A program made the position numbers and the translations under genes. A DNA stretch of 64,000 nucleotides from Kiritimatiellia bacterium (GTDB lineage Bacteria > Verrucomicrobiota > Kiritimatiellia > RFP12 > UBA1067): assembly GCA_050949565.1 (NCBI GenBank), contig JBMNFY010000001.1, forward strand, positions 1-64,000, written 5' to 3'. The stretch's first letter is position 1. Every line of letters starts with the position of its first letter. Of this stretch, positions 58,129-64,000 are shown in pieces. The notes beneath the pieces were generated by a model. It worked only from the letters and a program-made list of their open reading frames with translations. It ran no database searches and had not been told where the DNA came from.

Positions 58129-58812
58129 ATGAAGAAGCGCATTGTCACGTGTCCGGAGTGTGAGGTGAAGTTGTCGGTCTTTGACTTCGGCAAGCCCATC
58201 AACCAGAAGTGCCCCAAGTGTAGCAAAACCTTCGTCATCGAATCCGAAGAGAAAGATGAGACGGAGAAGGCCGATGACAAGGCCGACGCGGCTAAGCCCG
58301 CGGGCGATGACGAGAAAAAAGCTGAGACTTCGACTGACGACGCCACGAAGGCTGGTGCGACCGTGAAGGCTGCGGAGGACAAGGGCAAGGAAGACAAGAA
58401 AGAGGACAAGGCGTCTAAGGACAAGCCCGCCGACAAGTCGGAAAAGAAAGACGCCTCTGAGAAAAAATCAGACGAAGCCAAAACGTCGGATAAGGATAAA
58501 GCGTTAGACAAAGACAAGACGTCAGACAAGGCATCGGACAAAAAAGAACCCGCTGCCAAGGACAAAGAGATTACACCCAAGAAATCGGCTGCGCCTGCTG
58601 GCGGAATTGACAAGCCGGCAGCCTCATCGACGGATTTGGACGACGTGGAGTTGCATGCTGCCCCTGGACCGTCGCCGCTCTTCTCGATGATCATGCTCGG
58701 CGGTTTGATTCTGTTAATCGTGATGCAGGTCATGATGAAGACGCGTGCGGACAGGCAGTACAAGACGCTGATCGAGCACTTGCAGTACATCGAAAAGAAT
58801 TTGATTAAGTGA
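58129..58812 (+). CDS. Zinc-ribbon protein with K/D-rich linker and C-terminal TM helix
   Basis: CPEC...CPKC; low-complexity DK repeats; hydrophobic C-terminal segment. Confidence 0.7.
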   Translation: MKKRIVTCPECEVKLSVFDFGKPINQKCPKCSKTFVIESEEKDETEKADDKADAAKPAGDDEKKAETSTDDATKAGATVKAAEDKGKEDKKEDKASKDKPADKSEKKDASEKKSDEAKTSDKDKALDKDKTSDKASDKKEPAAKDKEITPKKSAAPAGGIDKPAASSTDLDDVELHAAPGPSPLFSMIMLGGLILLIVMQVMMKTRADRQYKTLIEHLQYIEKNLIK

Positions 58813-58846
58813 GAAACGCAGGCCAACACGAAGGGGGAACGTGCTG

Positions 58847-59104
58847 ATGGACACCGCGACGGTTGAGTCCAAACTTAAAGAGATGATTGTCGAGCGCCTG
58901 TTTCTGAATGTGGCGCCCGAGGCGATTGTGACAGACGCGTCGTTGATTGATGCGTACGGCGTGGATTCGGTCTGCCTGTTGGAGTTGGTTGTCGGCCTCG
59001 AAGAGGCGTTCGGCATTGTGATCGAAGACAGCGACTTTGACGTGCGGAACTTCATTTCGGTGGCCGCGCTGCGCGATTTCGTGCTGGCGCGTCTGCCGGC
59101 CTGA
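58847..59104 (+). CDS. Acyl/peptidyl carrier protein
   Basis: GVDSV..LELVVGLEEAFGI.I phosphopantetheine motif. Confidence 0.88.
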   Translation: MDTATVESKLKEMIVERLFLNVAPEAIVTDASLIDAYGVDSVCLLELVVGLEEAFGIVIEDSDFDVRNFISVAALRDFVLARLPA

Positions 59105-59124
59105 TTCGGCGGGGCAGGCCATCG

Positions 59125-59535
59125 ATGCGCCATCACCGTGTCGAAAAATGGGAAAGCCGGCTGGACGAACTTCTCAAGCAGGTTGACCACGCACTTGAGG
59201 ATGAGTATGGGCACCTGTTCGCCGTGCATCCCGCACGTCCGCAAAGGGGAGTGACCGCGAACCCTCAGCACGATGGACTGTTTCGTGTCACGGCCAGTTT
59301 CAGTCCCGGTTTCGGTTCGGAATTGGGTAGGGGGTATGTGTTGCAACTCGATCTGGTGACCCTTGAAAAGGTACCGCAGGCGAAGCTTGAACGCATACAG
59401 AAAAAGGCCGTCAGTTTGATCCAGGACGGCTTGGAGCGCGTGTTGCCCGGGCGCGGTTTGAAGGTGCAGCGCGATGGCAACGTGTGGAAGATCGTCGGCG
59501 ACCTGTCGCTCAAACCGATACGCGCCGAAAGTTGA
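59125..59535 (+). CDS. Hypothetical protein
   Basis: Host-like ORF in a co-oriented cluster; no recognisable motif. Confidence 0.6.
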   Translation: MRHHRVEKWESRLDELLKQVDHALEDEYGHLFAVHPARPQRGVTANPQHDGLFRVTASFSPGFGSELGRGYVLQLDLVTLEKVPQAKLERIQKKAVSLIQDGLERVLPGRGLKVQRDGNVWKIVGDLSLKPIRAES

Positions 59536-59540
59536 ATTGA

Positions 59541-59651
59541 GAGGCTCTTGCAAAATTCCTTGGTTGCAGATGTGGCACGGGCATCTTGCCCGTGGTGTTT
59601 CATGGGCGGGACGCCCATGTCACGAATGAGTCGTAAACCTGTTTTGCGAGA
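59541..59651. mobile_element. MITE-like element, second copy
   Basis: GAGGCTCTTGCAAAA ... TTTTGCGAGA with the same REP core as 8016-8111. Confidence 0.7.
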
Positions 59652-59657
59652 TTTGAT

Positions 59658-61157
59658 ATGGATGCTGAAACGGCGGTCACCTTATCACAATCGGTCGGTT
59701 ACGGAACTCTAGTCCATGCGGTGCTGTGGCTAGCGGTTTGTCTGCACCTGCTGCTGAAGCCCCGCGATGCGCGCACATCGCTGCTCTGGATCCTCTTTAC
59801 CAGTATCTTCCCGATTTTCGGGGCGATTGCGTATGTCATGTTCGGGATCAATACGGTGCCGAGCAAGAGCTGGCAGAAGCAGCATTCGGACACGAAGTTC
59901 CAGAGACGCCAACGTCTCGGCGGTAGTACGCATCCGCTGGCTTCGATGTACGCCCGGCGCAACGCATCGCGCGCGACGCTGGACGACCGTGTGCTGGCGC
60001 CGTTCAATAACATACTCGACTACCTGTGCGCCAACCATCCGCTGTTGGGCGACAATGACATCCAGTTGTTGGAGCCCGCTGAACTGGCGTTGGAGGCGAT
60101 GTTTCTGTCCATCCGCGAGGCGCGCCACCACATCCATATTTCGACCTACATCTTCAATGACGATGCGGTTGGAAAACGGTTGATGGATCTGTTGGTTGAA
60201 AAAGCGCGGGAGGGCGTTCAGGTCCGTGTGTTGTATGATGCGTTCGGATCCGCCGGCGCGAACCTCCGGCGGTTTTTCTGGCGTTATCGCCGTGAGCCCA
60301 ATCTGGAGATTGTCGGCTTTTCACAGGCCAATGTGCTGAAGCGCAAATTCCAGATCAGCCTGCGCAGCCATCGCAAGATTCTGGTGGTCGACGGTACCGT
60401 CGCCTACACGGGCGGCATCAATTTCCATGATTCCTATCTTGCAAAGGGCGACCGTCCCGGCATACTTGACTATCACTTCCGCGTTCTGGGACCGGCTGTG
60501 CTCGAATTGCAGTACACCTTCATGCGTGACTGGTTTTACATGACCGAGCAGTCTGCCGAGCGGTTGTTGTCGGAATGTTATTTCCCAGAGCCGGCGGTGG
60601 CGGGTAAGATGGCTGTGCGTCTGCTGAACAGCGGCCCCACACGCGGAGAGTCTGCGGCGGCCATGAACGCCTTTTTCGCGGCGATCAATCTGGCGCGCCA
60701 TCAGGTGATGATCCTGTCGCCCTATTTTGTTCCTCCCGAAGCGCTGGTTCTCGCGTTGCGTCAGGCCGCTTTTCGCGGGGTCGATGTCAAGGTTCTGGTG
60801 CCGTCTGTCAACAACCATCCGACCGTGCAGTTTGCATCACAGGCGCTGTACGCGGAACTGCTGGTTGCCGGTGTGCGGATTTTCGAGCGGGCACCGCCCT
60901 TCATCCATGCGAAAGCCGCCGTTATCGACGACACCGTATCGATCATCGGTAGTGCGAACTTCGATCCGCGCAGCCTGTACCTCAACTACGAAACCAATCT
61001 CGTCGTCTGCGACGACGCCTGTGCCGCGCACGTCAAGGCCGCCATCCTTCGAGATTTGTCGCAGTCGGTTGAGATCTACCACGCCGATTGGCGGCGCCGG
61101 CCCGTGTGGCGCAAGTTCCTCGAGAACTTCTTCAACCTGTTCCATCCGATCGCTTAG
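59658..61157 (+). CDS. cls: Cardiolipin synthase
   Basis: Two N-terminal TMs; two HKD motifs (HRKILVVD, HAKAAVID), SPYF, GSANFD.RS. Confidence 0.92.
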   Translation: MDAETAVTLSQSVGYGTLVHAVLWLAVCLHLLLKPRDARTSLLWILFTSIFPIFGAIAYVMFGINTVPSKSWQKQHSDTKFQRRQRLGGSTHPLASMYARRNASRATLDDRVLAPFNNILDYLCANHPLLGDNDIQLLEPAELALEAMFLSIREARHHIHISTYIFNDDAVGKRLMDLLVEKAREGVQVRVLYDAFGSAGANLRRFFWRYRREPNLEIVGFSQANVLKRKFQISLRSHRKILVVDGTVAYTGGINFHDSYLAKGDRPGILDYHFRVLGPAVLELQYTFMRDWFYMTEQSAERLLSECYFPEPAVAGKMAVRLLNSGPTRGESAAAMNAFFAAINLARHQVMILSPYFVPPEALVLALRQAAFRGVDVKVLVPSVNNHPTVQFASQALYAELLVAGVRIFERAPPFIHAKAAVIDDTVSIIGSANFDPRSLYLNYETNLVVCDDACAAHVKAAILRDLSQSVEIYHADWRRRPVWRKFLENFFNLFHPIA

Positions 61158-61231
61158 CGAGGATGTGATGTCATTGCTTCCCTCAAATACGACGTGTATA
61201 ATGGGGTACGCTTAGAGAGGAGAGGGTCAAG

Positions 61232-63118
61232 GTGAGAAAATGGGTGCTGAGGTGTGTGGGGCTGCTGGCTGTTGCGAGTAGCGCATTTGCAGAGGAGAGT
61301 TGGCTGGCGCGGGACGGGCGGGCGGTTGCCCAGATCGTCATACCCGAAGCCGCCACATCCGTCGAACGAACGGCGGCGCAGGAGCTACGCCAACACCTTG
61401 ATGCGGTGACCGGCGCGGCTTTTGCACTTGTGACCGAAGCGGCACCCAAGAACGGGCCGCGTCTGCTGGTCGGCAACACCGAGGCGTCGCGCAAGTTGGT
61501 GCCGGGTTTCCTTGCGGCGCAGGCCGCGTACGACAGCATTCTGCTCAAAACTGTCGGCGACGAGGTGATCCTGGCCGGGCATCCGCAGCGCGGCGCGCTC
61601 TATGCGGTCTACACGTTTCTCGAAGATGAAGTGGGCGTGCGCTGGTGGACCTCAGACGAGACCTTCATTCCCCGACGGACAGACCTGCCGCTACCGAAAC
61701 TCGATGTGCGCTATACGCCGAAACTACGTTTCCGCGAATCGTACTATTTGGATGCGTTCAACGCGCTGTTCAAAACGCGCCTGAAAGGCAATCTCAGTTC
61801 CCGTACTCGCTACATGTTGGCACCGATGGAGATGATCCCGGAGGCCTACGGCGGCAACCACCGGCTCATCTATTTCAAGGGACGCGGCTCGGCCTATCAT
61901 TCGTTCTACGAACTCATACCACCAAAGGTCTACTTCGACCAACACCCCGAGTGGTTCAGCGAAATCAAGGGCAAGCGCACCCACAAGAAAGCCCAGCTCT
62001 GCCTGACCAATGATGAGATGCGCCGCGAACTCACCAAAAATGCACTCGCTCTGCTGCGCGAAGACCCGGGCGCCGACATCATTCAGATCAGCCAAAATGA
62101 TCACGCCGGTCGCTGCACATGCAAAGCGTGCCTGGCGATCGAGCAAGAGGAGGGCGGCATCGGCACTGCTTCCGGGCCGCTGTTGCGTTTCGTCAATCAA
62201 GTTGCCGAGGATATCGAGAAGGAGTTCCCCCGTGTTTTTGTGGAGACCTTCGCCTACCAGTATACGCGCAAAGCGCCTGCAAAGGTCCGTCCGCGCGCCA
62301 ACGTGTTGATCCGCCTCTGTTCCATTGAGTGCTCCTTCCTACAGCCGCTTGAGGGCAGTAAAGAAAACACCGCCTTCGTTAACGATCTGGCCGCTTGGAG
62401 CCAGGTCGCAGGTGGCAATCTTTTCGGGTGGGATTACGTCACCAGTTTTAGTTCCTACATGCTGCCGCATCCCAACCTGCGTGTCCTTGGCCCGAATATC
62501 CGCACCTTTGTAAAATACGGCGCGACGGGGCTCTTCGAACAGGGCGACGCGCTCTGTGCGGCAGGCGATTTTGTGCGGTTGCGCCACTGGGTTCTTTCGC
62601 ACCTGCTCTGGAATCCGGATTTGGACGAGGGGCGGTTGATCGACACATTTCTCAACGGCTATTACGGCGAAAAGACGGGGGCTGCCCTCAAGCGCTACCT
62701 CGACTTTATCCACGACCGCGCGGAACGTTCCGGCGTGTACCTCGGCTGTTATCAGCAAAACGTAACGAAGTGGCTGGATGCCGAAGGCATTTTCGAGGCC
62801 GCTCGGTTGATGACAACTGCGCTGGAAACGGCGCGCGCTGAAGAGGTGGCCGATCCGGTCGGTCGGAAAGGCCTCACCGATAAAGTGCTGCGTGAGAAGC
62901 TGTCGATCGACCACGTTCTGCTGATCAATGATACGATGCTGCGGCAACATGCGCTGGACACCGGAAAGCCGTTCCCGGGCGCGTCCGATTTTCCGACTGC
63001 GGTACGTGAGTGGATCGCGACATGCGAGCGCTTCAATGTGAAAGCGTATCGCGAGACCACGACCGAAGAGACTTTTGCCACATACAAAAAAACGCTGATT
63101 GAAAGGAGTCAGAAATGA
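61232..63118 (+). CDS. Secreted DUF4838-type protein (GH67/GH20-like N-terminal domain)
   Basis: AAQEL..HL...TG, GALYAVY.FLE..VGVRWW, HPEWF, QLCLTN, SQND..C.C..C, AYQYT..P. Confidence 0.75.
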   Translation: MRKWVLRCVGLLAVASSAFAEESWLARDGRAVAQIVIPEAATSVERTAAQELRQHLDAVTGAAFALVTEAAPKNGPRLLVGNTEASRKLVPGFLAAQAAYDSILLKTVGDEVILAGHPQRGALYAVYTFLEDEVGVRWWTSDETFIPRRTDLPLPKLDVRYTPKLRFRESYYLDAFNALFKTRLKGNLSSRTRYMLAPMEMIPEAYGGNHRLIYFKGRGSAYHSFYELIPPKVYFDQHPEWFSEIKGKRTHKKAQLCLTNDEMRRELTKNALALLREDPGADIIQISQNDHAGRCTCKACLAIEQEEGGIGTASGPLLRFVNQVAEDIEKEFPRVFVETFAYQYTRKAPAKVRPRANVLIRLCSIECSFLQPLEGSKENTAFVNDLAAWSQVAGGNLFGWDYVTSFSSYMLPHPNLRVLGPNIRTFVKYGATGLFEQGDALCAAGDFVRLRHWVLSHLLWNPDLDEGRLIDTFLNGYYGEKTGAALKRYLDFIHDRAERSGVYLGCYQQNVTKWLDAEGIFEAARLMTTALETARAEEVADPVGRKGLTDKVLREKLSIDHVLLINDTMLRQHALDTGKPFPGASDFPTAVREWIATCERFNVKAYRETTTEETFATYKKTLIERSQK

Positions 63119-64000
63119 CGGACTTGAAACTGTTCCGCGTCACGCTTTTTGTCGTCGCACTGTTGGCGGTTACTGGTGGTTGGGCACAGCAATCTGCGCC
63201 GACACCGCGCGACGAAGCGTTGCACTTTATCCGCAACGAAACGCAGTTCCATCTGGGGTATCTGCCGACCGAGCAGTCGCACCCCAAAACACGCGGACTG
63301 TCGCAGGCGTTGCAGACGGACACAGCCGCAGGTTTGCGGATGCTCTTCAGCGTGGATGACGATATTCCGCCTGTCGCGCGGCGCGCGATCGCGTCACCCG
63401 AGTTCGCCCGCCTGCGTTTGGCGATCAAAGACGCGCTGGACAACAACCGCCGGGTCTTCTTCAGCGGTTGCGGCGCAACTGGTCGCTTGGCGATCCTGCT
63501 GGATGCCGCGAATCGGCGTTTCTGGCGCGAGGCGTTCGAGCGGCAACCGGCGCTCAAGGAGACCTGCGGCGAGATGGGCGAGAGCACCCGTGCCGTGATG
63601 ACAGGCGGCGACTTTGCGCTGATCCGCTCGGTCGAGAGCTTCGAGGATTACATCAGCTTCGGCTACCACCAGATGGAGCAGGCGGGCGTGCGCGAGGGCG
63701 ATGTGGTCGTGGCCATTTCGGAAGGCGGCGAGACGTCATCGGTGATCGGCACGGTGTTGCGCGGTGTGGACGCAAAGGCCAAGGTCTTCTTCCTTTTCAA
63801 TAACCCGGCGGAGCTATTGGCCGCGAAGCTGGAGCGTTGCCGCCGTGTGATCGAGAATCCGGCGGTGACGACGATCGTGCTCTGTACCGGCCCGATGGGG
63901 GTGGCGGGTTCGACGCGCATGCAGGCCACGACCATCGAAATGCTGGTTGCGGGTGCCGCCTTCGAGGCAGGGCTGACAGAGCATCTCAAAGGCCGGCTCT
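63115..64000 (+). CDS. SIS-domain sugar-phosphate protein (MurQ/GKRP-like), 3'-truncated by the window
   Basis: Not in the ORF track; ATGA overlap; LPTEQSHP, FFSGCGATGRLA, GGDFALIRSVESFED, GSTRMQATT. Confidence 0.8.
   Translation, partial: MTDLKLFRVTLFVVALLAVTGGWAQQSAPTPRDEALHFIRNETQFHLGYLPTEQSHPKTRGLSQALQTDTAAGLRMLFSVDDDIPPVARRAIASPEFARLRLAIKDALDNNRRVFFSGCGATGRLAILLDAANRRFWREAFERQPALKETCGEMGESTRAVMTGGDFALIRSVESFEDYISFGYHQMEQAGVREGDVVVAISEGGETSSVIGTVLRGVDAKAKVFFLFNNPAELLAAKLERCRRVIENPAVTTIVLCTGPMGVAGSTRMQATTIEMLVAGAAFEAGLTEHLKGRL

Noticed and set aside
1-64000. tRNA/rRNA genes, integrase or transposase, prophage
   Set aside because: None was recognisable by eye; a tRNAscan/Infernal run would be needed to exclude small RNAs.

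Overview
GC-rich bacterial chromosomal DNA. Gene content and protein styles suggest a Kiritimatiellia/PVC-superphylum organism (inference). The backbone carries tolB-pal-tatB-tatC-hisB-hisA, M16 peptidase, rsmE, trmB, ybgC-like, tolQRA, a sugar catabolic operon with deoC, an ABC exporter, ligA, patatin, a DnaQ-like exonuclease, ACP and cls. A small defence-island tail opens the window. The most striking feature is two related accessory loci (10.2-15.5 kb and 51.9-58.0 kb) built from the same shuffled parts: a membrane leader ending CTxxAQK, DxDxDG Ca-binding repeats, a variable lower-GC C-terminal tip, a secreted partner gene, and a LamG-like accessory protein. Locus A ends in a metzincin protease. 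Locus B ends in a cysteine-depleted AMOP-like domain, followed by an array of start-less orphan tip alleles and mosaic partner paralogues, one frameshifted at a G7 tract. This looks like an uncharacterised polymorphic toxin/immunity or kin-recognition system. Intergenic DNA is a mosaic of about ten recurring REP/MITE-like modules, with exact tandem duplications (662, 62 and 289 bp), a TA module and a probable orphan integron cassette. No rRNA, tRNA or CRISPR array was seen. All family assignments are by motif recognition, not by database search.
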